A stretch of 64,000 nucleotides of DNA from Nitrososphaerota archaeon (GCA_011605725.1 JAAOZP010000019.1:23278-87277), one strand, 5' to 3'; counted from the stretch's first letter, positions 30,213-40,874 are shown. Made by a program: numbers and translations. The notes: a model not told the origin generated them from the letters alone.

Positions 30213-31316
30213 TCATGATTTTCCACCAATATCCTTCAACACTTTCCTAAGCGAGTTTAGAAAATACTCTATTTCAACTCTCCCCTCATAGCCCACGTTA
30301 CCTATTCTAGTTGTTTCATTCCTCAGCTTACCCATTCCTCTTGCTATAAGTATTCCGTGCTCCTCGTAAAGCCTTCTGATCATTTCTTCAGCATTAATCC
30401 CCTTGTTTCTAAAGACTATTACTGACGTAGACCAGTATTCCTTATCGCGTGGAAAAACCTCAATGTTTTCAGACTCTAAGAATTCATATATCATTCTGGC
30501 GTTCTCAGCGTGTCTCTTCACCCGCTCCTCATATCCTTCTTCCTTCAATATTTCAAGCGCCTCAGCCATGCCGTATATCAGTGGCACCGCAGGCGTGAAC
30601 GGAGTCTCTCGCCTGAGATGAAACCGGTGGATCTTTTCAAAATCCAGGTAGAAGCTTCTTCTCCTAGGGTTTTTCAAACCTTTTTCTAATGCTCTCCCGC
30701 TTACTGAGACAAAGGATAAGCCTGGGGGCCCGCCAAGCCCCTTCTGGCTTGCAGCCACACAAATGTCAACACCCAGCTCATCCGTGTAGAAAGGCTCAAC
30801 ACCCAAGTCTGAAACCGTGTCCACGAAAACCAGGATGCCTCTTTTCCTAGCAATACTGGCAACTTCATCAATCAATCTGAAAGTTACTCCAGTAGAGGTC
30901 TCATTATGCACTATGAAAATGCTTTCTACGTCATTGTTCTCAACCGCACTCATTATGCTTCCGAGACTAGGTATGCATCCCCATTCTGATTTAACGACAA
31001 CAGGCTCAGCACCAATCTTCAAAGCGTTCTCCACGATCCTTCCGGTGAATTCTCCGAAATCCGGTATAAGTATCTTCTCACCCTCGTACACGAAGTTCTG
31101 GAAAACCATGTCCACGCCAGCGGTCCCGGAGCCACTTATGATGTAGACGTTGTTCTCAGTTTTGAAAACGCTTTTCAAACCTTCCTCAACCTTCTCGTAA
31201 AGAGTGTGGAACTCTTCTCCTCTATGGTTTATGATGGGTTTAGCCATTGCCTTCAAAACTCTTTCAGGCAGGGTTATCGGACCCGGTATTAGCAGCATAG
31301 GGGCTTTCTGAACCAT
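30213..31316 (-). CDS. Class V aminotransferase (serine-pyruvate/alanine-glyoxylate type)
   Basis: LLIPGP, HNETSTG, DTVS and SQKGLGGPPG motifs. Confidence 0.92.
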   Translation of the reverse strand: MVQKAPMLLIPGPITLPERVLKAMAKPIINHRGEEFHTLYEKVEEGLKSVFKTENNVYIISGSGTAGVDMVFQNFVYEGEKILIPDFGEFTGRIVENALKIGAEPVVVKSEWGCIPSLGSIMSAVENNDVESIFIVHNETSTGVTFRLIDEVASIARKRGILVFVDTVSDLGVEPFYTDELGVDICVAASQKGLGGPPGLSFVSVSGRALEKGLKNPRRRSFYLDFEKIHRFHLRRETPFTPAVPLIYGMAEALEILKEEGYEERVKRHAENARMIYEFLESENIEVFPRDKEYWSTSVIVFRNKGINAEEMIRRLYEEHGILIARGMGKLRNETTRIGNVGYEGRVEIEYFLNSLRKVLKDIGGKS

Positions 31317-31358
31317 CTCTCGAAGAATGCTGAAACTGTTTTTTAACCCTTTCCCAAG

Positions 31359-32810
31359 CTAGGTGGGTGATCTAAGCCAACTGGTAAAACGGGTTTCACT
31401 CTCATAGGCATAGGCTAACCTTAGCAAGGTTGCTTCTTCAAAATGGTTCCCGATTAGTTGAAGTCCTACTGGAAGCGAGTTGACGAAGCCTGCTGGAACA
31501 CTCACTGCAGGAAGCCCAGCCAGGTTGACGGCGACTGTTTCAAAATCCATCATGTACATTTCAAGCGGCGACACTATTTCCCCTATTCTCCAAGGGAGGA
31601 CGGGCATTGTTGGCATTGCTAAAGCGTTGAAGTCTTTAAAAAGGAGCTTAAAATCATCATGTATCTTCCTCCTGACTCTACAGGCCTTCATGTAGAAATC
31701 CTCCTTGTAGCCTGCGGAAAGCACGAAGGTTCCTAGGAATATTCTTCTCTTAACCTCCTCTCCGAAGCCTTCCGTCCTAATCTTGACGACTCTTTCTTCC
31801 CACTTGCCTTCGACACTCCTTCCCCCATAACGGATCCCGTCGAATCTTGCAAGGTTGCTTGAACACTCAGCCATGGCTATGATGTAGTAGGCTGGTAGAG
31901 CGTATTTTAAGAAGTGAAAAGACGCTTCTTCAACCAAGCATCCGGTTTTCTCAAGAACACCTATAGCATCGTAAACCTTTCCAGAAATTTTTTCATCAAT
32001 ATTCATGAAACCCTCTTTAACAATACCGATTCTCAACCCCTTGGCTCCACTTGTTGCTTCTTCAACATAGTCCGGGGGGTCTCGGGTTGAAGTTGTTAAA
32101 TCCCTTGGGTCGCCTCCCGCTATTACTTTAAGCAGCAGGGCTGTTGACAACGTGTCTCTAGCCATCGGCCCTATTTGGTCAAGACTACTAGCATAGGCTA
32201 TTAAGCCGTAGCGTGAAACCCTGCCGTAGGTCGGCTTCAACCCAACGATCGAGTTGAAGGCTGCAGGATTCCTTATTGATCCTCCTGTATCGCTTCCGAG
32301 AGCAATCTCCACGGCTCCGGTTGCGAGGGAAACCGCGCTTCCACCGCTGCTTCCTCCGGAAACCCTGGAATGATCAAAAAAGTTTTTCGTCGGGCCGAAG
32401 AAAGAGGTTTCGGTGCTTGAGCCCATCGCGAACTCATCCATGTTTGTCTTCCCGATTATAATGCCATCCTCCCTCCTTATTCTCTCAATAACAGTGGCGT
32501 CATAAACCGGAACATAGTTTTCAAGCATTCTTGAAGCGCACGTCGTCCTTAAACCCTTCGTGGAAATATTGTCCTTAACCGCGACTAGAAGACCAGCTAG
32601 CCTGCCTGTTTTCCCGCCCATCCTGATTCTACGCTTAAGCTCCTCTGCGCTTCTGAGAGCACCTTCCTTATCAACCGTTATGAAAGCATTCAACCCTTTT
32701 GCTTCCTCAATTTTTTCAAGAGCCCTATAGACTCTTTCAACCGGGTCGACGGAACCTAAGACTTGTTCCGGAAGACTATCTATCCCAACACCTGTCCTGA
32801 CACAAACCAT
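31359..32810 (-). CDS. gatA: Asp/Glu-tRNA amidotransferase subunit A
   Basis: KDNI, GKTNMDEFAMGSS, GGSSGGS, GSDTGGSIR and SSNLARFDG motifs. Confidence 0.95.
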   Translation of the reverse strand: MVCVRTGVGIDSLPEQVLGSVDPVERVYRALEKIEEAKGLNAFITVDKEGALRSAEELKRRIRMGGKTGRLAGLLVAVKDNISTKGLRTTCASRMLENYVPVYDATVIERIRREDGIIIGKTNMDEFAMGSSTETSFFGPTKNFFDHSRVSGGSSGGSAVSLATGAVEIALGSDTGGSIRNPAAFNSIVGLKPTYGRVSRYGLIAYASSLDQIGPMARDTLSTALLLKVIAGGDPRDLTTSTRDPPDYVEEATSGAKGLRIGIVKEGFMNIDEKISGKVYDAIGVLEKTGCLVEEASFHFLKYALPAYYIIAMAECSSNLARFDGIRYGGRSVEGKWEERVVKIRTEGFGEEVKRRIFLGTFVLSAGYKEDFYMKACRVRRKIHDDFKLLFKDFNALAMPTMPVLPWRIGEIVSPLEMYMMDFETVAVNLAGLPAVSVPAGFVNSLPVGLQLIGNHFEEATLLRLAYAYESETRFTSWLRSPT

Positions 32811-33076
32811 TTCTCATCTTTCTCTCCGGCATTTTTAAAAACATCATCTTCTGAAAGGGTTTCCGCCGGCTCGTCCTCCCTGAGAACTTCGCTGAAGCCT
32901 GACACGTAAGCCATCGGCTCAACGTCCAGCTGCAGGCTTCTCACAGTGTTGAAATACTCCAGTATCTCGTTAACATCCTTCTGAAGCTTTTCCACTTCAG
33001 CCTCGCTCAGAGAGATTTTGCAAAGCTTAGCGTAATGCAGAATCTCCTCCCTTGAAACAACTACTTTTCCACTCAT
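32780..33076 (-). CDS. gatC: Asp/Glu-tRNA amidotransferase subunit C
   Basis: 98 aa, LRED motif, directly upstream of gatA. Confidence 0.88.
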   Translation of the reverse strand: MSGKVVVSREEILHYAKLCKISLSEAEVEKLQKDVNEILEYFNTVRSLQLDVEPMAYVSGFSEVLREDEPAETLSEDDVFKNAGEKDEKWFVSGQVLG

Positions 33077-33270
33077 TTGAATGACCTATTTTCTCCCGGG
33101 CATGTCTATTTATCGGTTTCCTCGGCAGCAACCCTCTTATTAGGAAACCGGTGTGTCGAATATTCCAGTATTTAAGCTTCTTGAGCTGGTTGATAGTTAA
33201 GTTTTAGAAAAAACTCTCTCTAAGCCCCTGTGGGGGCTGGCTTAAAGAGTCAATGTGTAAACCCTTGAGC

Positions 33271-33891
33271 CTACTGAGTCTGGGAACCGGTTTCCTCCAC
33301 GTGTTGTCTAACGGCTTCAGGTATTTCTGGGAAGCTCGATTTCATTTTCTGAGAAGCCAGTATAGATGCTTCCTTCAAAATCTGGTCTGCCTCGCTGTCG
33401 GGTGCAATATATGTCTCGTACCCTGTGACCTCGCCTGCTTGTATAAGCACCCTGTTCATCATATCTTCAACCTGTCTGAGGCTGTCAGCAACTTGCGGTG
33501 CAACATTCCTTATCTCGTTTCCAACCCTGTTTACTACGTTGACGACTGGCCCAAGGATTTTCAGAGTCTCCTTAAAATCTATCGTGTCTTCAAGCCTAAG
33601 TATAACTCTTTCAAGCGCAAGCCTGTTGCTAAGAATTATCTTACCCATCTTCCTTACTTGGGCAACTTCGTTAGCGTAAACTTGTGCACGGGAATTGTCG
33701 CGTTCAACAAGAGCCTTTTCAACCTCTTTGAAAAGCTGCTCGTCCCTCATCTTGATCCTATGGTATATTCTGTCAAGATTCTGCTCCTGAATCTTAAGCA
33801 TTGCGACTGCTTCTCTCAACGCGTCTTGAAACGCATGCTGATCCACTGGTTGCGGAGGCGGTTGAGGCTTCCTTCCGAATAACGGGCTCAT
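33271..33891 (-). CDS. ESCRT-III (Snf7/CdvB-like) protein
   Basis: RAQVYANEVAQVRK and LERVILRLE helical core; EADQILKEA; C-terminal FPEIP. Confidence 0.88.
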   Translation of the reverse strand: MSPLFGRKPQPPPQPVDQHAFQDALREAVAMLKIQEQNLDRIYHRIKMRDEQLFKEVEKALVERDNSRAQVYANEVAQVRKMGKIILSNRLALERVILRLEDTIDFKETLKILGPVVNVVNRVGNEIRNVAPQVADSLRQVEDMMNRVLIQAGEVTGYETYIAPDSEADQILKEASILASQKMKSSFPEIPEAVRQHVEETGSQTQ

Positions 33892-33997
33892 CTTTATCAG
33901 TATCCGCCTTATGTCGTGGCTTAAATATTTTTAGGAGTACAATAAATCTTTACATTAAGGTAGATAAAACTTAATAGGAATCCTTTATTGATGCCAA

Positions 33998-35167
33998 GTG
34001 AGAAAGGAAGTGTCCAGCTTGGGCTGGAGGAGTGAGCTTGAGAAAACTGCGATAAGAAGGGCGCATGAGGCAGTCACAATGGATAGTCAGGGAGACTACA
34101 GGTCTGCTCTGAAGCTTTACAGGGAGACTATTGAAATACTCATGCAGCTTTACACGCTTACTGATAACGACAGTATGAAAAGAGTCTATTTGGATAGGAT
34201 AAGAGAGTATCAGAAGAGGGTTGAGAAACTTGAAGGATTAATGAAGAGGAAGGAGGAAGTTGTTTACATTAATAAAACTGAAAACAGGGAAGCAGAGGAC
34301 AAGTGGCTTCAAGACGTAGTCCTGATAGAAAAACCCTCCGTCAGGTGGGAAGACATCATAGACCTAGAGGAGGCTAAGAAGAAGCTGTATGTCAACGTGA
34401 TTTTTCCAACCATTCGCCCTGATGTCTACAAGCTGCCATGGTCCACGGGGATACTTTTCTACGGGCCACCGGGATGTGGAAAAACACTTTTGGCAGCAGC
34501 CCTGGCAAACAGCATTAGGGCAACTTTCTACCTGGTTAAAGCATCTTCAGTTCTTTCTAAATGGCTGGGCGAGTCTGAGAAGAATATCGCTAGGCTTTTT
34601 GAACACGCTAGGAGAAACAGTAGCTCCAGCGAGCCTGCTATACTTTTCATAGATGAGGTTGAAAGCATCGTTGGAACCCATATTTATGAAACAGGAGGAG
34701 AGTCGAGAGCTAGACTGCAGCTCCAGCAGGAGATGGATGGTCTTGCAAGCAAAGGTCGTGTTGAACATGTTTACGTGATAGCTGCAACTAATAATCCGTG
34801 GCTTCTACCCGATTCCTTTCTAAGAAGGTTTGAGGAACGCCTTTACGTGCCTCCTCCGGACATCACGGCTAGGAAAAAGCTTTTCATGTACTTCACATCT
34901 AAGCTTAACCTTAAGCCGCCAATATACTATGATGAGCTGGCGCGTTTGACTGAAGGATATTCTGCTCACGATATTGAAAACATATGTAAAGACGCTTTCA
35001 AAATGACGATTGAAGAATTCTTCGAGCAGGGCGACCCGATGAAGGGTGATCCTAGACCCGTTAGCATGGAGGATCTTGTTAAAGCCATTAGAAACAGGGG
35101 CAGCAGCATAAGCAGGGAGAGCCTAGCTAAGATGGAGGAATGGAGAAGGGAAAGAGGTTCTGCTTAA
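33998..35167 (+). CDS. cdvC: Vps4/CdvC AAA+ ATPase with N-terminal MIT domain
   Basis: MIT (AVTMDSQGDYRSAL..Y), GPPGCGKT, SKWLGESEK, FIDE and RRFEERLYVPPP; flanked by ESCRT-III genes. Confidence 0.92.
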   Translation: MRKEVSSLGWRSELEKTAIRRAHEAVTMDSQGDYRSALKLYRETIEILMQLYTLTDNDSMKRVYLDRIREYQKRVEKLEGLMKRKEEVVYINKTENREAEDKWLQDVVLIEKPSVRWEDIIDLEEAKKKLYVNVIFPTIRPDVYKLPWSTGILFYGPPGCGKTLLAAALANSIRATFYLVKASSVLSKWLGESEKNIARLFEHARRNSSSSEPAILFIDEVESIVGTHIYETGGESRARLQLQQEMDGLASKGRVEHVYVIAATNNPWLLPDSFLRRFEERLYVPPPDITARKKLFMYFTSKLNLKPPIYYDELARLTEGYSAHDIENICKDAFKMTIEEFFEQGDPMKGDPRPVSMEDLVKAIRNRGSSISRESLAKMEEWRRERGSA

Positions 35168-35889
35168 ACAAGCTCCTCTTCGCGTTTTACAATAACCTTC
35201 TTCTCCTTAATAAGTTCGTTTAAAAGGTTTTCAACATCATTCTTCTCCATCGCGAGATCTTTCGCGCACTTCTCTATGTTGAAGGAATCCGTGTTCGCCT
35301 TAAGATATTCTAAAACTTTCTGCTTAGCCTCCTCCCTCAGATCATAACTAGGTACTTTTGGAAACGTTGTTTCAAGCTTCAACGAAGCAAGCCTCTCAGC
35401 CTCCTTAATCACTCTCTCGGCTTCAACATCAACTGTTTCAGCCTTAATGTCCGTCGACCTAGTTATTATTGAGGCTGCTTCCTCAAGCTTAGTCTTAACC
35501 CCGGCGAATTCCTTCTCGAGATTCGGCAGCGGGTTTGTCTCACTTATTCTAGAAAGCAGCCTCGCCAGTTGTGGAAGCATACCGTACAGCTCCTCTGACT
35601 CCACCATCGTTTCAAGCCTAAGCTTAATTGTTAAAACCAGCAGGCTGGACTGGTAGATAAGCTTAGCAACCTTTCTCAGCATAGCTATCTCCTCAGCATA
35701 CGCCTTAGCCCTGTCATGATCATTATTTTCAAGAAGAAGACTTATCTTCTCAAGATACTCGCTGTCCTTCCTCCTCAGATTCCTAACGATCTTTTCAAGG
35801 TCGTAGGATACTAGCTCTATGTCGGTCAAAGACTCCCTGAGCAGAAGCCTCACTCTCTCCATGCTGCCTGCCTGCTCCATCCTCATCAT
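35164..35889 (-). CDS. cdvB: ESCRT-III CdvB-like protein with C-terminal winged-helix extension
   Basis: RAKAYAEEIAMLRK, LRLETM, EAERVIKEA and FPKVP motifs, then a wH-like tail (VLEYLK...CAKDL...LIKEKKV). Confidence 0.8.
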   Translation of the reverse strand: MMRMEQAGSMERVRLLLRESLTDIELVSYDLEKIVRNLRRKDSEYLEKISLLLENNDHDRAKAYAEEIAMLRKVAKLIYQSSLLVLTIKLRLETMVESEELYGMLPQLARLLSRISETNPLPNLEKEFAGVKTKLEEAASIITRSTDIKAETVDVEAERVIKEAERLASLKLETTFPKVPSYDLREEAKQKVLEYLKANTDSFNIEKCAKDLAMEKNDVENLLNELIKEKKVIVKREEELV

Positions 35890-36593
35890 CTTCTCCCCTT
35901 CAACTCTAATACTCCGCTGCTCGTACCTACATAAGCATAGCTTACGACGCCTTTAAAGATACCGTTCTCCAGAATACCCGGGGTGTTTTTGAAGAAATCA
36001 TCCATCCAGTCTAGACTACGGTTCTCAGGCAGAGGCACATCGATAATAGCGTTTCCAGAATCCGTTATCACTGGCCCCACCTTACCGCTTCCAGTCCTGA
36101 TTTTCACGTTCACTCCAAGAGCTTTTTCAACCCTTTTTTTAACTAGTAGAGCCAGGTTTTGAAGAACCTCCACTGGTATTGGGAACCCCGGGGGAACCTT
36201 ATCAACAATCTTCCTCTCATCCAGAACCAGAATCATCTTTCTCGAAACCGAGCTCAAAACCTTCTCGAGAAGCATTGCACCTCCCCCGCCTTTTATTGCA
36301 GTCAACGATTCTCTTTCCAGAATGTCTGCACTATCTATAGTAACATCCACATACTCTATCTGGTTGAAACTGGCGGCTTCCAACCCCTCCTCGAGAATCT
36401 TAAACTCTATCTGGCGGGAAGACGGGACGAGACGCACATCCTTAATGACACCAGTCCTGATCCTCTCAGCTAGAAGGGGAAAGAAAACATCCCCCATGGT
36501 GCTTCCGGAGCCAAGCCCGATAATCATCCCGGATTCAACATGGGTCAGAGCCTTCTCAGCAGCCTGTCTCCTCAGATCAGTGAGGCTTCTCAT
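35886..36593 (-). CDS. rpiA: Ribose-5-phosphate isomerase A
   Basis: GLGSGST, IDSAD, IKGGGGA.L.EK and ITDSGN motifs. Confidence 0.95.
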   Translation of the reverse strand: MRSLTDLRRQAAEKALTHVESGMIIGLGSGSTMGDVFFPLLAERIRTGVIKDVRLVPSSRQIEFKILEEGLEAASFNQIEYVDVTIDSADILERESLTAIKGGGGAMLLEKVLSSVSRKMILVLDERKIVDKVPPGFPIPVEVLQNLALLVKKRVEKALGVNVKIRTGSGKVGPVITDSGNAIIDVPLPENRSLDWMDDFFKNTPGILENGIFKGVVSYAYVGTSSGVLELKGRR

Positions 36594-36597
36594 TTCT

Positions 36598-37005
36598 TCA
36601 AACCAACCGACTCAGATTGTTCAGAGTTTCCCTAGCAACGCGGTAAGCCCTGTTCAATTCCTCCTCAAGCTTCGAAAAGTCGTCGAGGACGAAGTCAGAC
36701 CCTCCGGGAGCATGCCTACCGCCACCGTTTAAAACAGCAGGAACCGTTGGAGGCTTAAAATCTAAACCGTGTTTCTGAGCAAGAATAATGCTCCTCTTAA
36801 CCATTTCAAGCCTAAGCGTTTTAAGAAGACTCTCCAGCTTCTCAACACTAGTATCTGGATTACTGCCGCCATCGTTTTCCAGCTCGCCAATCCTCTTCCT
36901 AACGGTTTTAATCATCTCCATTATTTCGAGAACTTCGGCGACAAGGGTCTCAGACTCCTGAGCCTCTTCGCCCTTTGCATCTTGTACAAGCATTTTTAGC
37001 ATCAT
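36598..37005 (-). CDS. Hypothetical coiled-coil protein, first gene of the putative rpiA-cdvB operon
   Basis: 135-aa ORF ending 4 nt before rpiA. Confidence 0.6.
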   Translation of the reverse strand: MMLKMLVQDAKGEEAQESETLVAEVLEIMEMIKTVRKRIGELENDGGSNPDTSVEKLESLLKTLRLEMVKRSIILAQKHGLDFKPPTVPAVLNGGGRHAPGGSDFVLDDFSKLEEELNRAYRVARETLNNLSRLV

Positions 37006-37280
37006 TTCTACTGCAGAGACTGACTTATATGGCTTTTTATATTGGTTTCAATACAATCTTCTTTACTAGCTTATTCAGAAAACTTTTAAAGTACCGTTAA
37101 GGGATGGTAAAAAGTAAAAACCCATTACGTTGAAAAGCCCCCGGAGGCAGTGGCTCAGCAAAATAAGCAAACATGATGTCTATGAGGGCTGAACCCTGAA
37201 AAAGCTTAAAACAGCTTGAAAACAAGATTATTACGGCGTGCCAAAAGCTTAAAATCCATATAATAAGTAAAATCTTGCGC

Positions 37281-37370
37281 GCCCTAGTAGCTCAGTGGTT
37301 AGAGCGCCTCCTTGGTAATGTGGAAGAACGCCGATGGAGGAGGCCGTGGGTTCAAATCCCACCTAGGGCT
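37281..37370 (+). tRNA. tRNA-Thr(GGT) with 17-nt anticodon-loop intron
   Basis: Acceptor GCCCTAG/CTAGGGC, stem CCTCC/GGAGG, loop TTGGTA., T arm GTGGG-TTCAAAT-CCCAC. Confidence 0.92.
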
Positions 37371-37726
37371 TTTCAACCGGTTTAAGCTCGAACTATAGCG
37401 CGCGGACCTCGTCAAAATGTTACTCGCAAAAAGTCTGGCAAATAAAGATTCTATCTACATCATATGTAATCTGGAAAAGAGGTTTGAGGAATTATTGGAG
37501 AAGATTATTTGCGCGCGCTAAATGTCTACCTCTCCAACTTTAAGCTCGTCAACACTTCTCCCCAACTTATAGCCCGTGATGCGTTTCAGCGCGCGCTACC
37601 TCCGACAGGCGTGCCAAACCATTCTAAATATGTTGTGCGTGGGCTGAAGATGGTACCATATACTTTTTCAGTAGCGATAAATCAAGTATCAGCCATTATT
37701 TTTACGCTTTAAATCCGGATGGAACG

Positions 37727-38164
37727 TTGAAATGGGGATTCAAAATCGAAAACAAGAATACGACCAGTATTAAAACTCCAGTTTTCTCTAACGACACGAT
37801 ATACGTCGCATTCTACGAGATGGTGTTTAATGAAAGCATTATCCAAGCCTTAACCCGCAACGGAGATTTAAAATGGAGCTTCAGGTTGGAGGGCAGGATA
37901 GAAACAAGTCCAACCATTGGTTACGATGGAACACTATACTTTACATGCAGCGATTCCCACCTTTACGCATTAGGCATCGATGGAAACCTGAAGTGGAAAT
38001 TCAAGGCGGAGGGAAGGATCGTAATAAGCCCCGTGATAATAGACGCGGATGGAACAATATACCTGCAAACCATCGAGCATCTCCCAGGTCTCCCCACAGT
38101 CTTCACGAATCACTGTAAATCTCGACGGAAGCCTAAAATGGAGAAGAGAACAAGGAAAGTATGA
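37727..38164 (+). pseudogene. PQQ-like beta-propeller repeat protein fragment
   Basis: DG.LKW.F and SP.I..DGTIY repeats; frameshifted (ITVNLDGSLKW continues in another frame). Confidence 0.8.
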
Positions 38165-38204
38165 ACTTATAAGTGTGAAAGAGGGCTTCTTGGTCTAAAG
38201 CGCA

Positions 38205-38372
38205 CGCTATTTTTATTAATCGAAGCTTCTTATGGTATTGGCGACATGGTAGTGGGTGGTAGAGTGGAGCCAGGTGACTACGTTGTTGACAGAGAAACTT
38301 TAGAGATAGTAGAAAGAAAGATCGGAAGCAAAAAAATAATGACTGCTATCGAGGGCGAAGTGCGCGCTAAAG
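38205..38372 (+). pseudogene. PEP synthase/pyruvate dikinase nucleotide-binding domain fragment
   Basis: Manual translation LFLLIEASYGIGDMVVGGRVEPGDYVVDRETLEIVERKIG; bounded by motif variants at 38199 and 38359. Confidence 0.7.
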
Positions 38373-38382
38373 GTGGTATAGA

Positions 38383-38743
38383 GTGAATGGAATGGTTGTG
38401 AAATTCTTGGATGAAATAAAAGGATCAGAGGTTCCAGAACTTGAAAGTAAGAATTCTCCTGAAGATGAAAATATGCACATCCCTGTACTTGAAGTAAAAA
38501 ATGTCCATAAAAGATTTGGAAGACTTTATGTCTTGAAAGGCGTTGATTTTAAAGTTAATAGAGGAGAAGTTGTTGGCATAACAGGAGAAAATGGCTCAGG
38601 GAAGAGTACTTTGCTCAAAATTATTGTAGGTCTACTTTCCTGCGATCAAGGTAAGGTGCGTTTGCGTGGAGCCTTCGGTTATTGTCCTCAAGATCTCTTG
38701 CTTTTCGATGACCTTACTATGGAAGAGAACATCGCGCGCGCTA
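38383..38743 (+). pseudogene. ABC transporter ATPase, N-terminal half only
   Basis: GENGSGKST and GYCPQ...LTMEENI, then homology stops at the motif at 38733; no signature or Walker B motif. Confidence 0.82.
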
Positions 38744-38817
38744 GGGATAGAGAAACGAAGAGGAGGAAAATCAGGAGGGGGGGAAGACTTGGGTTTAGTC
38801 GTATTCATTCTTTTTCC

Positions 38818-39290
38818 CTATGCAGGCCCGGATATGAATTTAATGTTGAACGCGTTTGCTGGAGAAATGATGTCCCCGTTCTTTAAGGGTCGTCTACCCC
38901 TACCCCTAATATCCTCACCATTCAGGTATGTTCCATTGGTGCTGCCATCATCCCATATAACGAAGGTACCTTGCGCGTAATCGTAGCCGATTGTGAATTG
39001 CGCTTTAGCCCCTGGTCCCTCTCTCCTACTTATTGTTGCAAGCAGGTCGCTCGAAACGATTCCAACAAAGTCCTCTCTCCCAAACCTTTGAGGAAGAGTG
39101 CTGACGGGTATCGTCTTGGAAGGAGTTTGGAGCATTGCTGTTACAACTCTTGTTTCTCCGCCCGGGCCTCTAATCATTATGGTTCCTTCTCCCCGCGGTA
39201 TTACTTGCGTACCTTCTCCCGGAGGAGGTACACGTGGCTGGAGAAACAGTGGAAGCTTCGCTTTCATCGGCAGTCCGATGAATACTCTTA
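38818..39290 (-). pseudogene. FHA-domain protein, C-terminal fragment
   Basis: FGR, ISR and DDGSTNGTYLNG FHA motifs; frame open up to the motif at 39291. Confidence 0.8.
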
Positions 39291-39557
39291 TAGCGCGCGC
39301 GCTATCTGGCTTTCTTTTTGGTGAGGATCACTAGTAATGGGCGCCTATACTCTAGTATATACTTGGTGACTTTTTCGGCGGTTTCAATGATGTTGCTCAT
39401 TTTTCAAACCTCCTTTCGTCCTTTTTAAGAGTTAGTCTCTTTACTCCCATACAAGGGCATCCTCTTTCTTTTTCACCTTGAGTAACAATTTTCTCTATAA
39501 TACCCTCTTTTAATGAACTACTTCCATAAGAAAATATGAAATGTATTGCAGCGCGCG

Positions 39558-39893
39558 CTAATAAGATAGATGATAAGCTTCAGCAACATCTTTTGCTGCT
39601 TCTTTTCTAACGCCAGGGGCCATCTTAGGTGGAGGTATGTACACCGCGTCAGAAAGCGGGTTTGAAATATCATCCCCACCTATTTCCACATCCCCCATAT
39701 TAAGGCTTTGATAATTGTTCACGAGCTTTACGAGGAACTGATGATAAGCGTGGCTATAAACAAGATTCCGAAATTCTCCAGACTTTTCTCCAGCTTCTTT
39801 AGGGTCTAGTAACATCATGTAGAGTGGGACAATTTTCTCTCCTGCACAAAAGATAAGCCCCTCTTTACTTAAAGCATGCTCTTCGTCATACAT
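39558..39893 (-). pseudogene. Hypothetical protein fragment whose stop codon is supplied by the palindrome
   Basis: The TAG stop is the CTA at the end of the motif at 39550-39560. Confidence 0.5.
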
Positions 39894-39941
39894 GCCCTGG
39901 TTACTCTACTGAAGATGACTTTTAAACTTTTTTTGAAAAAT

Positions 39942-40256
39942 TTAGCGCTCGTCCTTCCTTACGTACTTTAGGTACATTCTTCTGAAGACGTGCGAAACCA
40001 AGGGGCCGAATTCGTCGGGCCAAGCCATTGCGAAAACCTCGCTTAGAATCTTAGCGTGCGACTCAGGGTTCCCATCGTGTTCGAGTAGGTTTATCCGGGT
40101 GTTCTCAGGGTCTAGAACCACCGCGTTAAAGTCTTCAACGTACTCTCCGTGCCTGTCGAAAACCATTGCGAGGCCCCCGAGCTTCAGGTAGTTTCTCAAA
40201 AGGTTTTTGACTAGGGTTGTCTTTCCGGAGTAAGCTTTTAATAACATCGGTATCAT
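39942..40256 (-). pseudogene. HerA/DUF87-like ATPase fragment
   Basis: SGKTTLVK...VFDRHGEY; a probable degraded C-terminal piece (..PGEAIVLLPG..) lies at about 40970-41145. Confidence 0.7.
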
Positions 40257-40279
40257 GCATTCTTTCTATAAAATAAGCT

Positions 40280-40654
40280 CTAATATTTCTCTATTATCCT
40301 TATGCGTCTATGAGTTACTATTATGAGTTTACCCATATGCTTCGATAGATCAAGTTCTCGGATAAATTTGTTCATCGTTTCAGTTAGTTTAATCGGCTTA
40401 GGTGGCTTAACACGTAGAATAATTACTGTAAGCCTTCCTTTATACAGTTTGTGATAGAGGTATCCGAAGTCTTTGTCAAGCGTCACCAGAATAAGCTTAT
40501 TGTTCGACGCATACTCGGCTACAACGCTATCTTTAACTCCTTTAAGCCCGACATCGCTAAGCCTGTAGGCAATAAATCCGGCAAGTCTTATCGTATTTCT
40601 AAGTGATACTGGAAGGTTTTCATCAATCAGGAAGGCAATTTTATTCGGGTGCAA
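40280..40654 (-). CDS. DUF5615 PIN-like toxin
   Basis: FLIDENLP, D..V.EYA and VTLDKDFG motifs. Confidence 0.9.
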   Translation of the reverse strand: MHPNKIAFLIDENLPVSLRNTIRLAGFIAYRLSDVGLKGVKDSVVAEYASNNKLILVTLDKDFGYLYHKLYKGRLTVIILRVKPPKPIKLTETMNKFIRELDLSKHMGKLIIVTHRRIRIIEKY

Positions 40655-40874
40655 ACAATATCTCTTTCTCCGTCAGCCTCGCCGCGTAGAACAGGGCAGC
40701 CTTAATATCCTCTGGGGAGAGCTCAGGATACTCTCTAATTATTTCCTCTGGCTCCATGCCGCTTGCTAAAAGCTCGAGTATCAGGGCTACTGGAATCCTA
40801 GTACCCTTAATAACGGGTTTCCCACCCAGCTTCTCAGCATCAACCTCAATCCTGTCTAAGAAGGATTCAGCCAT
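40641..40874 (-). CDS. DUF433 antitoxin
   Basis: GGKPVIKGTRIPV and EYPELSPEDIKAAL.YA motifs. Confidence 0.93.
   Translation of the reverse strand: MAESFLDRIEVDAEKLGGKPVIKGTRIPVALILELLASGMEPEEIIREYPELSPEDIKAALFYAARLTEKEILFAPE

Noticed and set aside
639-36999. Many short antisense ORFs in the ORF track (e.g. 20479-21162, 33253-33882, 9469-9879)
   Set aside because: They are shadows of well-supported genes on the opposite strand.
37135-37205. Possible C/D box sRNA (ATGATG...CTGA) upstream of tRNA-Thr
   Set aside because: Box spacing is too short and no guide target was identified by eye.
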